A stretch of 64,000 bases of DNA from Ramazzottius varieornatus (Eukaryota > Animalia > Tardigrada), in the NCBI GenBank assembly GCA_001949185.1, contig BDGG01000007.1:1942730-2006729 (forward strand), given 5' to 3'. The position numbers and the translations under genes are program-made. The notes below the pieces were generated by a model. It saw only the letters and a program-made list of their open reading frames with translations, was not told where the DNA came from and did not search any database. The first letter of the stretch is position 1; each line of letters opens with the position of its first letter. Shown here one piece after another: positions 1-13,249 of the stretch.

Positions 1-138
1 ATCACAAGTCAAAGCAAAAGTTTCAAAGTTCAGAAGGTGTCACCGAGAAGCGAAAGCGTTGAGGAATTGGGAGGAAGACTGCCGATGAGAGCATTTGCAC
101 TGTCCGCTACCAGTCCGAGATCATTTCTCTCATGTCTG

Positions 139-3100
139 TCATACATCAATGTGTTTACTGGGCGAGGTGATGTTGGGATGGAGCAAGTCGATGCCCGTCC
201 ACATTCTGCGCAGGTCACCCTTCAGGTAGGCCATGACCAGCAAGGGCAGAAGTGTGAAGGGCACCAGGTACAGAAGAGCCGGCTGGGCCGCCTTGAAGAG
301 CTCCGACGAGACGGTGGCCGTCAGCAAACCTGTGGCAACCAAGGAAGACAAACAAATGAACTGCCCTAGACCTTTCCACTGCTGACAGAAATTAACGGAG
401 AAGGAGTGAGCAAGTTTACCGAGGAAGTATCCGATCAGGGCGCAGTGAAAGTACTTGACGCGATCCAGCGAACTGGCCGGTCCCGGAATGCCGCACTCGC
501 CGTTCTTCAACTGCAGCTTCTTGTGCGCATCGAAGCGAAGAACGAAGCACAGCAAAAGACCCGGCATTACCTGCAGGACACAATATCCACAATTTCTATT
601 GGGTTCCTTCAGCAGTTTTCCCTCTGACAACGTTGACGTATTTCAATGAGGAACTGGGTAAACGAACTCGATGAGACTGTCTCCACAAGTAGCGCACATT
701 TACCGTCTTATTGGCCGACAAAGTGCGTTGTTTGGCAGAAAGATTTCCCGGCTTTGTCTGCCAAGCAAACAATCTGCTCTATTTTAGCCAGATATTCGTA
801 AGATTTACAGTTTCATGGCCAAATTTCCCTCGCTCAACTGCATCAAGATTTTGACAAAAACGACCACAAAGATGTTGAAAGTCTCCGTTTATCTTTCGAG
901 CGGAACCATCAGTCTTTCATTGTAAAATCTGACAGCTTGCACTCCCTAGCTGGCGACAAAGAAGACCAAGGCTGGTGAAGAAAGGTATTGATAGTTGTAC
1001 TGACTAATTTGCTTGGCTATTGTTGACTGAAGCCATCGAGTGTTGGCCAAACAAAGACAGGGTGGTGCTTTGCTTGGCAGCTGGAAGCCGATACTTCAAG
1101 GCTTGCTGAAGATGCCCATCCTTACAAGACGGTACTTGCAGTCGTACTTACAATGTCTCCGAGTCCCAGCATGGAATACTGACCGGAAGTCTTGATACTA
1201 CAAAGACAAAGAGGAACAAGCACTTAATCAGAGGCCTGATTTAACGGTTGAGACTGAAGTTGATTGGGGGTAGAGCTACCTGGGAAAGACCAGTTTGCCC
1301 GGAAGACTGAGCTTGGGCGCGTCGTTGATCATGTTGTTGTCGACGTTGAGCCTCCTGGCTAAGGCTCTCATGGGATTGTCGGCCGAGCGGGTGGCCACCC
1401 GCACCATGACGTTGGAGTTGAAGATATAGGAAGAGAAAAAGACCCAGAAGACATCATAGAGGAGGAGACCTGTCAGCAGGAGGGTGGAGACTTTGAGGGA
1501 GGGCAGGCGGACCAGGGCGATAAAGGCCACGCACAGCCCCATCCCCAGCGCGTCCATCAGCAACCAGTGACCCGTTAAAGTCCACACAAAGACGATCGAG
1601 ACGGACAGCGCGAAGGACACCAGCTCTGGAGCGGAAAAACGCCCACACAACGGCAGTGACGACAGCCGACTCAACCTACGGAAAATCATTTCCTTTTAAC
1701 TCTGATGTCAGTTTCCGTGCAAAGCCTTTAAGTTGTTCCGCTTGATCATTTCTCTAACAAATCTTCACAAGAGATGTGATCGCCTTCGTATCCTGTACAG
1801 CCCTGTCAACAGCTGGGACGTCGGCCGAGATTTCACCAGCATCGTCAGGTCAAGTGGCGCACTCCTCCGGTGTGATTGGCTAAATGAGTGCGCCACTTGG
1901 TAAAGCGATCTTGTCGAGTTTCCAAGTAGCGCACGTTCTCACTGTTAATGGCCGAAGCGTGCGCCTCCTGAAAACTATTTATATTAATAATTTTGCAGCT
2001 TGGTTAATTCGTATGATGGGAAATGTCAAACTGTTTTGGTTATCTTGGGGTGACATTCAAACTAGCTTCGTGTCAGGGTGCAATGGGAATTTATAATTGT
2101 GACGTTTCACCCACACAGAAAGCGTAATCTGATAATGCGCTGTCATGAGAGAGAGAGATCAGATAAAAGAGGATGAGATGTGGATAAAGGAGGAAATGAC
2201 TTACGTGGCGCTGTTGGAGCAGGGGCGCATAAAATACTGGCACATGGGAAGCAACAGGAAAGCCAAGGCGATGGAAGCAATGACTGCAATACAAAGAGAA
2301 AAGTGTGCGGAGATGCAGTCGGCCAAGTTAGTCTTTGCCGCTTGAGAGGAAGCCACATTTTGTGGTGGTAACATGATCGGGCTACTTACTGGCGGTGCAG
2401 GCGGCAAACATTGTTTGCATGGAGTCAAAGAAGAAAAACATGACTAGCAAGGAGATGGAAGCGCCCACCGGAAGACACATGGCTTGGAAGGCGTCCACAT
2501 CCGTCTGCGCCGAACTTCCTGCCACCACAAACCCTCATTTTCAATCATCCTTCCCAGCCAAACTCAAAATGCAACTTTTGTCCTGGCCCTGCTCGAAACA
2601 CTATTTAGTGTACCACGCTTTGCCCCAGGCATGAAGCATGGAAAAGCATGAAGCATGTTTTTCAGTCATCGAATGCGAAACGGGTAATCTTCATTAATAA
2701 CCATTCGAAAGCGCACTCCTCATGCTTCCATGCGCACTTTTTCACGGACACACGACAGATAGAGCCGCGTGCCAGATTTGACGCTTCGAGCAGGGAAGTT
2801 GCATGGTTTATATATTTACGCTGTTGATTTTAACGAGCGGCAGTTATTGTTAGTACCTTCATTTCCTTTTGAATTCTTCTTCTCTTTGTCCGTTCGGCCA
2901 TCTTTCTCGCCGTTAGCTAAGGCCGATTGTTGCTCCAAATTCAGCGACCTACGATTAGAGAAAAGAGTCAAGTGAAAGGTGCACTAGTTTTGATGGAATG
3001 AGCTTGTCGCACACACGGAGTGAGAGAGAGTCACGTTACTTTCTTTTGGCTCTCACGTCTTATCGGACAAACCGGAAAAGCAACGCGGCCCAAGTTGACA

Positions 3101-3624
3101 TTCGTACGCTGAGCGCATCAAGTCCAAAACGCCAAAGTAAATCTCACCTAAAGCTGCCGTAGACAATCAGCAGTATGGAGATGAGGAAGGTGGAGACGCG
3201 GGAAGAGTCCATCAGCGTGTAAACCCTGCAACAGACCCAATCAACAATCAAACCAACTGACCACTGGCGTTCCACTCGACCACGTGACAAAGTGCATTGA
3301 TATAATACAAAATCAGTCACGTGATTCGACCATTAATTTGAAGTCCAACCAGTTATGGTAATTTGAACTGCTTTACGTCGCTTCTCACAGCATGCAGAGT
3401 CGCATTTCCGCACTCGACAGTTATGTAACCGCTAATTTGTAAGTTGTGTATTCTTCATTGAAATGTTTTCCTGGAGAACACGGCAAGGAAAGAGAACGAG
3501 TGCGGGCCGAACATACTTTGCAAACAGGGAGACATTCGATAGTATGCAGGTTCCTGCCGTAAATTAGCCTCAATTATCAACAAATCGATAAACACTCTTC
3601 TCACCAGTCAAAATCCGACGCCAT
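139..3624 (-). CDS. SPPL3: Signal peptide peptidase-like 3 (GxGD intramembrane aspartyl protease), about 9 exons
   Basis: Spliced reading gives MASDFDW|[26 protein letters not shown]|SLNLEQ at the N-terminus, the YD motif ([13 protein letters not shown]), SMLGLGDI (exon ~1152-1197) and [10 protein letters not shown]; GT-AG boundaries; ATG at 3624, stop at 139-141. Confidence 0.95.
1851..1970. repeat. Family A palindrome pair in an SPPL3 intron (CAAGTGGCGCAC-N25-GTGCGCCACTTG, 72-bp period)
   Basis: Arms at 1851-1862/1888-1899 and 1923-1934/1959-1970; linker GTAAAGCGATCTTGTCGAGTTTC. Confidence 0.9.
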
Positions 3625-5131
3625 CCTGCCAGTTTATCCTGCGAAAAGTTTCGATCAAGCTGCCTTGGCCGCGTAATGGATGAAGCGTTGTGACAGCCGT
3701 AGTGGACGTCCAGGAGAACGCGTCAATCATGAATGGCTGATGGACATTTTCAAGTGAAGCTACCCTCGATTCCCCCCTTTCATCCCACGCTTTTAGCCAA
3801 ACACTTTCCGCCTGCTTTTGACAAACTGATTGGCTGCAGCAGCGCGGTGCCAGGCATGCGGGCTTGCGACGTGAGATTCCAATCGATCAGTCCATGATGA
3901 CAAGTTGGGCCATTCGGTCCTGTTTGGAACTGGGAATTTCAATCAATCAAGGTTTAATCCACAGTGCCCGATTATGCATGGACAGGCTTGGCCACCAGTT
4001 CCTTCATCCTCCCGCTTCCGTCCTGCACATCCGTCGACAAATAAGTCAAGATGTAACTAGGACAAACGCCGGACGCTACTCTCAATTTCATGTCGAGATT
4101 GAAGCCTGCAATGACGGAGAAAGCGGAAGAATGATTTCATGGCGAGCGCGATCGTCGATCAGTTTCCACTGTTGTCAATTGTCATTTCAATCAAGTGGGT
4201 CTGCGTTCGTGTGCTTGCACACAGTGTTACACCCGGCTGGATCACATTTGATTTTGACTGCTCTTGGGCAACAAAGCCGTTGCATCGTGCGCGCAGTCTC
4301 TTTGCTTTAAACTTAATCAAGACAAAGGTGCTACTGCACTGTATCATACAGCTGTCGAGTGGGCGTTACTGCGCAGCACTGACCAATCCTACTGCAAAGG
4401 ACTTCCGGTCGATAAGGCACGTGACAAACTACATTACATTCGCAGTATGGGCTGTCACGTGGCGTACCGACGGGCTGGCCACCGGTCATTCCCGGCTGTT
4501 TTGTTGTGGAACGCTTTCCAGCTTTGCGCTTGCTGGATGTACCACCACTTCCCCATCCCTTTTTCCTGCCCATCGCTCGGAGGAAGAGTCTAAGGGCAGA
4601 TGCAAATATTATGATCTGGTAAGCTGAAGGCTGACGCTACCAAATAACGCACTTGCACCGTATGGACGATCATTGGAAAGGAGGTTAAAATAAGACCGCA
4701 GGCCAGTCTACTTTAGGGTTCATACTTTAAGCTCCGCTGCTGATGCTGCTAAACCTTGCAGAATATAGCGTCGCACTTGTTTATTTATCAAATGACTGTT
4801 GATCGTTGGCAAAAGAGTTTGGCTGAGTGGTGGCCGATCATCCCATTCAGCGCAGCTCTTTCCCTTCAATTAGCCTTCACGCCATGCCGTCCGCCGCTGT
4901 CAATATTTACCCCATTTTACAACATCTGAACAGAGACAGAGAAAGAGCTCATAACAGTAACACATTGGCCTTCCCTCGTTCCAATAAGGAAGTTAATGAA
5001 AAGAATACAGTCAACATTTTTTATTAATTCATCAGTATAACATACTAGGAGAGACGTAAAAAAGGACACATCGTGCGGGAAACGAGAGACTTTTCACTAC
5101 CATAGCTGGGACATTCGCTTCCGTAAAACGT

Positions 5132-8100
5132 CTACGAGCCGTCCGCCTTCAACGAAGACAAACCGGCACGCATGATTTCATCCACCAGCAGCAAGTTGGT
5201 GGCAATCAAAGTGCTACAAAAAACCAACGCATGAAAAACACTCGCCGACTACTGTGCTCGCAATAAATATCTTGATCTAACTTTTACGCCATCACTTGGC
5301 ACAAGACAGACAAAATAATCTACTTCATTAATCTGTCTAGCTTCGCTGGAATTTGACTGGATGGGCGATATCGTTAATTTCGAAATCAGATAAAAATAAC
5401 AAGAAATGAATTTTCCAGTCGGAATTTCAGAAAAATAAAATCCAAAAATAATATTTTATCTTACCATGTATTTATTTGTTGCTTCTTGACTCGGACGTTA
5501 TCCCAAATGCCCAGTTCTTCGGGGAAGCTCACATTACCTGAAAAAACAAATATACAAGTACTACTGTCCCATGTGAAAATGGTGATACGGGGGTTCGGAA
5601 GCAAACTGGAAAAGATCGTTTCAGCAAGTGGCGCACGTTGTCAATGTGACAGGCTGGCACTGTGCGCCACTTGGCGAAAGCGACCTTTTCCAAAGTCCCA
5701 CTTGACTTCGCTAGGGGTCTTTCAAGAGAAAAGACATACCGGTATCGCAGTCGACGCCGACAGCGCGATGTGACTGTCTAGACTCTTCCTGTAGCTTAAC
5801 CATGACGTCCTGTCCGTCAAAGCCGGCATTCTGTGCCAGAGTCTTGGGGATGATCAAGAAGGCCTCGGCATAAGCCTGGACGCCGAAGCGTGCCTTGCCT
5901 TTGACGTGGCCTTCGTTGACGAACTTCAGCAGGTGTTCTCGAAGAGCAAACTCAAAGGCACCTGCACCTGGCACTAGCGCTCCTGACAACAAGAAAGGCA
6001 CCGCAAGATCACCGCATCTGCTCTATCTGCGAGGCCGCAAAACGAATCGTACAAGATCGTTATGGTAAGTGGCGCACGCTACATACTAATCACGCTGGAA
6101 ACGTGCGCCACTTGATACAGCGATCGTTTTCCGATCGCTCTTTCCGATCGTTAATTTTCTGAATGACGGAAGGCTCTTACCGTCTTCGAGAGTGTTCAAG
6201 ACAGCACGAAGGCCGTCTCGCACGCCATCCTTGACCTGCGTAATGGTGTGCTTGTTTGGTCCTCTGATTAGAATGGTCACCGACTGGGGATTTTTGCAGT
6301 CTTCGATAAACGTATATTTATCTTCGCCCTACCAAAACGCATTCTCTTGATTAGGTTTTCCAAAAGTTTGCAAATCAGCGAGTGTACGTACCAGAACATG
6401 CTCGTAGACGGATCCAGCAAAGCCCAAGGCATCTTCCTTCAAATCATCGACCGAGTTGACGGCAATGCCACCGCAGGCAAGCGTGAGTCTGCAACAAAAG
6501 GAAAGCAAACATAAGACGCCGTCCCCATGCACCATTCTTCTCTTCCCTCTCCCCTTCCGCCTTATTCCATCACCTCTAACAGAAAATTCTCTTTTGCCAT
6601 CATCACATCGATATTCGATAACTTCCGCGTCGAGAAACAACTCATCAAACGATGGGACTGCGATTTCATCCCACTTTTGCTCCACTGCAATTTCTGCTGC
6701 TTTTTCGTTTGGTTCTCATGGCAAAGAAGCGAAGCTTACCGTTCCATATTTCGGCGTTTGGCACGACGAAGTGCCATGATACCTTCTTTGGCCAGCATGT
6801 CGAGGGAGAGCGGATCGATGCCTTTCTGGTTGATGACGACAAAGTTCTTGTTCTCCCCTGCCTTGCAGACGGCCTTCTTCAGCGCGATGATCTTCTCCAC
6901 TCGATCAATGATGAACTGTCGCTCAGCCATCACCATCTTCTCCCGTTCCTCCGGTGACTTGTAAAAGAAGCCCGAGTTCACTTCGCTGCAAACAGCGAAG
7001 AACCCGGTGAAGACACGAGTGACATGACATCACACCATCACAAGTACAGTCTGACACATGGTAATGATATGACATGACATGAACAGTCTGACAGTACATC
7101 TCAACGTATGACATGACACTTCCAGGCCAAAGTCTCCTTTTTGCTCTTACGTTTTCTCGTATTCCAGCGAGACGTTGCAGGTCAGGATGGAAGCATTGGT
7201 GACTCTCTTGGGCATGTCCGGATGCCTGGCACCGTGATCCAGGACAAGTCCACGGACCAGGGTGGTGTCCATTTCCGAGCGGTGAACCATCTCCATAATT
7301 TCCACCATGTGTAGATCAATCTGCTCATTGTCCCTTCGGACAGCCAGCACGGCTTCCGTGACGATACTGGTTAGCAAATCGGCTGTCTTGCTGTGCACTA
7401 CAAAGCGAACAAAAGTTACAATGAGAACACTAGGGTCAAAGCCAGAGAATAAGTCACCTTTGGTACGAAGAGACGTTCGAGCGATTTCCAACAGCTTCTC
7501 TCGATCATCACCGGTCAACTTCACTGACATTTGATCCAGCAACTCCAAGGCCTTCTCTCGGGCAGCGTTGAACCCTTCGGTGATCAGCCGCGGATGTAAA
7601 CCCTACAGGGACACATCCATTGTCAGACTATCTTTTACCGGAACGTTGTTCGGCGATTGATTCTAATTACCTCCGTCATGTAAACTTGCGCTTGCTTCAA
7701 GAGCTCGCCAATGAGGAGAACGATCGATGTAGTTCCGTCTCCAGTCACGTCATCTTGGGCTGTGGCTGCTCTGGCAATCAAGGCAGCTGTTGGATGCTTG
7801 ATTTGCTACACGCGAAAAAGAACACAAGAACTAAATCACGTAGAAAATTTATTGTGGTAAAACTCTACCAAAAAGGGAACACTCACCGATTCGTGCATCA
7901 AAACGTTCCCATCTTTGGTAATCTTGATGTCTCCTGCTCCAGAAACCAACCTGGAACGAAATAAAGGATAAGACAGAAGGTTGCCGGAACTGACGAAGGA
8001 CGATACCGAAGTTGTTCATTTCATCACCTACGGGCCATCAATCAAATTGTAAGCGTAAAACCAACGGTTGATTGACGTCCGAAACGAAGAACGTTTGTGA

Positions 8101-8311
8101 GGCGGCAATGATTTCCAACAGTATCTTTACTCGAAGAAAACCAGGAAAACTACCATCCGGATACTCATACGTACATTTTCATGCTTCCTTTTGGTCCAAG
8201 GTTTGATTTGAGGTAATCCTGGACTCCCATTGCAGCCGAAATGTTGATAGCCAGGGCTTCCGACGCGCGAGCGACTTCGGCCCGCGGATTGGCGGCCATT
8301 ATTGCAGACAT
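5132..8311 (-). CDS. CCT6: T-complex protein 1 subunit zeta (chaperonin CCT6), multi-exon
   Basis: [15 protein letters not shown]...[56 protein letters not shown]-terminal [15 protein letters not shown]; ATG 8311, stop 5132-5134. Confidence 0.96.
5604..6135. repeat. Family A palindromes in two adjacent CCT6 introns
   Basis: Units 5625-5673 and 6066-6114, both with 25-bp spacers and GATCGTT/AGCGA(T/C)C outer flanks. Confidence 0.9.
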
Positions 8312-8822
8312 GGTGGCAGCTGTCTTTCGGGTGTTCCTACGACTCTAACGAACGAATCTTAGAACTGAAGCACTCGGAAAGCTGATCACGAACCGGTGCT
8401 ATAAAGAAGATCAAGCCGATAGAACAGAGGATGAGAATTTTTCTGCAAAACGAATTCAATTTTGAGTTATGACTTATGAGGTATTACTCAGCCATCCTAG
8501 GTCGATCAAACAATCAAGGTACCAAATACAGACTTTTCCGTAGCCGCACCTTCCATTATTTTACGACCAATCATGTTCGCTGGCGCATGCGATATGGAAC
8601 CATCTCACTACAAACAGTAACACCACGTGGATTTTTCCTCAGAAAATCGTAGGTTTTTGCCAGGTGGCGGATCATGCTTCTTGAAGGAAGACGACTCTTC
8701 GCAATTCTGTCATCAAGAGCAGCCATGAAAATTTTTATTTTGAATGCTTTTGCTGATTCTCTTCTTTTCGTCTTTTTCACAGAATCTCTTCCGGCAAAAA
8801 GAGCTCTTCGCATCGAACCAGA
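8312..8822. promoter_or_regulatory. Probable bidirectional promoter between CCT6 and the KNL2-like gene
   Basis: Head-to-head starts about 510 bp apart. The interval contains CCAAT (GACCAATCA), an NRF1-like GCGCATGCG and an E-box CACGTG. Function is inferred from arrangement only. Confidence 0.5.
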
Positions 8823-11800
8823 ATGGCTCTCCCAATCGCCAGGGGTGGAACCATGGATCTCAATGGCGGCCGTCCAGCTCCAGCCCGCAAGGTCCAGCCC
8901 GTGAAGAAGGCAGTCAACGTCGCTCTGGCCCAGGTGGCTGCTCCCAACCTCGTCGCCGTAGCCGAGCCTCGATGCAACCACGAGATATATGGAGTCAAGG
9001 CCGACCTCTGGGAATGGGTCATCGAGTTTACTCCGGACGGGGCAGTCAGAGTAGTGGGGCAGGATCAACAAGGCGGTCCTGGCCTCATCGTCAAAAAGAT
9101 CACCACCACCACCATCAAAGAGCGAATCCAGGGCAAGAAAGACTTTGTCGTTACGCAGTCTAACTCCATTTACCGCCTGATAGGAAAGCTGTGGCTGCCG
9201 GAGATGATCGAGAATGGATTTAGCCAAAGGATCATGGATGCCTTCAGGGACGGTTTTCCGAAGAACTGGGCAAGCCTGCTACAAGAGGAATGGAAACGAC
9301 AGGAAGAGGTCAAGAAATCCCGTAACCCAGGTATGCAAGTGCTTGTCGGCGTCAGTGACCCTGCCTTGCGCTAGCGCGCATTGCATTGCTTGTTGCGCGG
9401 TATGTATGACTTGTAAAATTTCGCGGAGCGGCTATTGCGTACAATAGTCACGCACCAGCGTACTGTGTGTTGCTTTCATTTGTATGCTGATGACATCAGA
9501 AGTCGCGTGCTGTCGGTATCTGATATTAATGGAGAATTTCCTGTTGTCCTGACGTCATGCACCTTACCTGGAAACTGGTTTTCTTCTGCAGAATCTTTGC
9601 AACAGAAACAGCCCAAGGCATACATTCGCGGGACCATAATCCCTCATCCCAAACCTGTTGCTCCCGTCGTAGAGGCACCACCAGTGGAGATCCCGTCACC
9701 TGCTTGGGAGACGTGGGAGGAGGAGGATGACGAGAACCGCCGAGAGAAAGACTTCCCGCGCGATTCCTACCAAGCAGGTGGATTGCCACGTCTGCCTGCC
9801 GTTCCCCTTCGGCCTGCCACAGCCCAAGTCGACCCTGCTACTATCGAGGCTGAACCTGAAGAGCTCATTGCCTCCACCATGAAACCTGAAAGTTTGGCTG
9901 AAAGAACAGAAGCAGCAGAAAATGTGGAAGCATCAACAGAAGAGCAAACCGGTATGGAATTTCTCCGAGAAGTTACTCTTGACGCGAAGTTGACTGTAGC
10001 TCGCTCAATTAACCCTTCGAACTTACTCTTGTTCCAGGAACCGTGGTCACAAGTTCGAACCCTTCTAACCAGAAGGCTCGAGTTGAAGAAGAGACGCAAA
10101 AGGAGGTGATGGTGGAACAAGAGAAGCGAGATGAGACAGGTTTGTCGATCGATCATCTTGACATACTCGTCATAGAGTTGTCCATGAGAATATCCCGAAC
10201 CCGAAGTGTTTCAGAAATGAGCACTGATAGGGATAAAACATCCTGAAGTGTGAGGCTTACATCTTATGAAACGTTCGACTGTCCCGCTCAGAGCTTTCAT
10301 CGACCTTTGTTCTTCTTGACTAGGTGACGTCCCCACTTCACCAGACTTGACCGAGGTCGAAGCGGATCTGTCGCTGGCTCAGGCTGACAAGACGGTGGAC
10401 GTGAACGATCTGGAAGCCATGTTGGCCTTGGAGTCGTCGGCCATTAGAGCAGCTGTTGGCCTAGCCAACAAGTCGAAGGAAGTTGCAGCTGGCGTCGAGG
10501 AAAGTGTCGCTCCTTCAACGTCCACCTCGTCTAGCGAGGTACCTTCCACCAGCCATCAAGCATCGCGGGCCAATTACGAACTGCGTCGTCGTTACGACGT
10601 CTGTTACAACTACGAAGTTAACCAGTCGGCGGCCAAGAAGCAACGCAAGAATGGCAAAGGCCCAAAGTCAAACGAGAAGCATCAAAGTCACAAGAAGGCC
10701 GCTTCGGAGGAAGTTCAATCGGGGCTGAAGCTGGACACTCTTCTGGCGGTCATGAAGCGTAAGTCTCGCTCTCTTACTACTGATCAAAGCTTAGATTAGT
10801 AAATGTTACATTGGTTTGCAGGACAGAGCGAGACGGATGTGGTGGAGACGTTGGCAGTTGGGCCGGAAGTCGGACCGGAAGTGAAAGTCTTCGCATCGAC
10901 CAAGCGTCAGCGCTGTCGCTCCTCACCCCCCAGTCCCACGACGCTCAGGCCCGTCTTATCCAGCGCTCCTGAGCCTCCTACGCCTCATGATGAGGACGAA
11001 GAGAAGTATCAGGTGGAACTGGAGTGGGATTCCTTGGAGCGGATGACGGGGAATCAGCACAGGGGTAACACCGTTCCGCTTTCCAAAACTCAAAACTTGT
11101 CATAGTTCAGTACCAATGTTCTTTCAGAGGTGTTTCCTGCGGGCAGGAAGGATGGTAGTGGTCGGAAAGGCACGCCGACGAAGGTGGTGCTGAGCGGCTT
11201 CAAAGGTCGGTCTTTATCGCCTCCAGCTCGCATCTCCATGTCGGCACCCCTCATCGTCAAGAAGTTTTCCGCTCAGAAAGACAAGAAATTACGAGGTTTG
11301 ATGTGGCCCCTTTGACATCCTCTAATGCCAAAAGCTCAAATCTAGAAAAAGTTTTTGACGGAACAGAACTCTGATCAAGTTGGTTTGGAATAATATTGCA
11401 GAAACTGAGAATGGGACACGAAATCGTAACGGTTGGTTCGGCCAAGTGGCGCATGTTTCTAGTGTTTCTGGCCGAAAGAGTGCGCCATTTGGAAGAAAAG
11501 ATCGTGTCGCATTGTTTGCTGAGCTGCCCGATGTAACCAGAAAACGCAGCGAAATGTGATGTGGATGTGTTTGTGTCATTGTGTCAGCAGGATTGTTTTC
11601 GGCTGAACGGCAGGCCGTATCGAATTCCGACATGTCTACCCAGAGGCTCCAGGGCAAACTTGCAAAGGAACCTCGGCGAGGCACGCCCCATTTCAAGTCC
11701 GAAGAGACGATACCCATTCCGGCTATTCCTTCTCCCCACGTCCGCTCCCAGCCCGGTCCGCTCATGTATGGCCATGACGACGTTGAAGGCGAAGTGGACG

Positions 11801-13249
11801 AAGGCGAAAAGGTAGTGGAAGCGAAGAAGCTGGCAGCTCGCAAGAAGGTGCTCAAGAAGGCCAAGGCGCCGAAGAGCAAGAAGACGACCAACGCTGTGGC
11901 TGAAGAAGAGGAAAAGGTGGACTTTTCTTCTGTCTACAACTTGGCCAAGAATACAGACGATGTTGGTAGGACCAAGAAAAAGATATCGCGTAGCAGAATC
12001 AGGTCTCCTGAGACTCCTGTGGTGAAACCGCGCCTCACTCAAGCGCCATCTTCCAAAGGATCTTCCATCGCCCCTAAACCGTACAACATACCCGCAGGTA
12101 TTCTCGATTATTTTCCTCTGAAACCAAAGAATATTTTTCCAAAACTGTATCGAGGAATAAAAAAAGAAGATGAACTGGGAGGCCTGCAAACGAGACGTAC
12201 AAGGTTGATATCTTAAATGGCGCACATATCCAGTCAATAACACTGAAACATTACGCCACTTGACAACTCGACACAGTCTTTGTGCAAGTGGCGCACGTTT
12301 GCAGCCAGCGAGAAGAGAAAGGTGCGCCACTTGGAATATCGATCTTGGCGCGTTCCCAGGGGGCGCACGTTGGCAGTGAAATGTGCGCCGCTTAGATCAC
12401 GCTCTTGTACGTTTCGTTCGTCGACCTGACAGCTCAAATAAAATTGACGATGGAAGGTTGAGTTTATCCCTTTTCAGTCACGCATTCGATCAAGAAGACG
12501 AAGAAGGGCAAGCGTCGGTCAATCGTGCCTGTTCGAGCTGGTCGGCGTAACGCCAACTGGTTCGAACAGACCGTGGAAGGATTTAGTACGATAAAGACGG
12601 TCAGTTCGTCGGAGAAGAAGAAGGCTACAGCTGGGCTGCTCTTCAAGAAGCGAGAGAGCAGCTCGCGTAAGAGCAGCAAACTGTCGCTGGGCGCGGTGGA
12701 GTGGGAGGACGAAGAGGAAATAGACTTCCAGCCCAAGCAGACTGTGCAGACCAACAAGCTTTTCCGCATGTCCATGGGCAAAGCCACCCGACGACCTCAG
12801 CCGCGACGAGACACCTGCTACGACCCCTCCAACAATACCGACGCCATTCGCCGACAGAACTTCCAAGGGTAAGGCCTTCAAATAGAAATCGACTGTTTCG
12901 TCCGGCCAACCGCCGTTTAGAAGAGGCCGGGCCTGCATTCAGATAAGAAATATGGGACACTGAAGTAGAAACCAGTGTAGTTGAAGTAGGCTGGCCATCG
13001 CGATGAGACCTGATTTCTATTCAAAGCGGTCGAGAAGACGGTGAAAGTCATGCGTTTGCTGCTTGTTGCAGGTTTATGAAGCAGGAAAAGACGAACAAGG
13101 GAGAACGAGGCCTCAGACGACACGGTAATGTGTCGGATCTGCGTCAGGTGTCGCCGCAGAAGCACTTGGGCATGCCGTCCAAGCTGCCCGTGGCTGGCGA
13201 TGAAGACTCGACCGAAGAAGACGAGCCTCAGAGCGATGAAGAGTTTTAG
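8823..13249 (+). CDS. SANTA-domain protein, KNL2/MIS18BP1-like CENP-A loading factor (about 9 exons, roughly 950 aa, mostly low complexity)
   Basis: Exon 1 encodes LWEWVIEF...VRVVG...TTTTIKERI...VVTQSNSIYRLIGKL...NGFSQRIMDAFRDGFPKNWASLL, the SANTA signature. Downstream + strand exons are joined by GT-AG introns and end at SDEEF-stop (13247-13249). The downstream exon chain was inferred by eye. Confidence 0.75.
12214..12394. repeat. Family A triple array in a KNL2-like intron
   Basis: Units start at 12214, 12285 and 12357, with spacers of 25, 25 and 14 bp. Confidence 0.9.

Noticed and set aside
3864-4627. Overlapping 100-160 aa ORFs upstream of SPPL3
   Set aside because: No recognisable motifs or splice structure; likely spurious.
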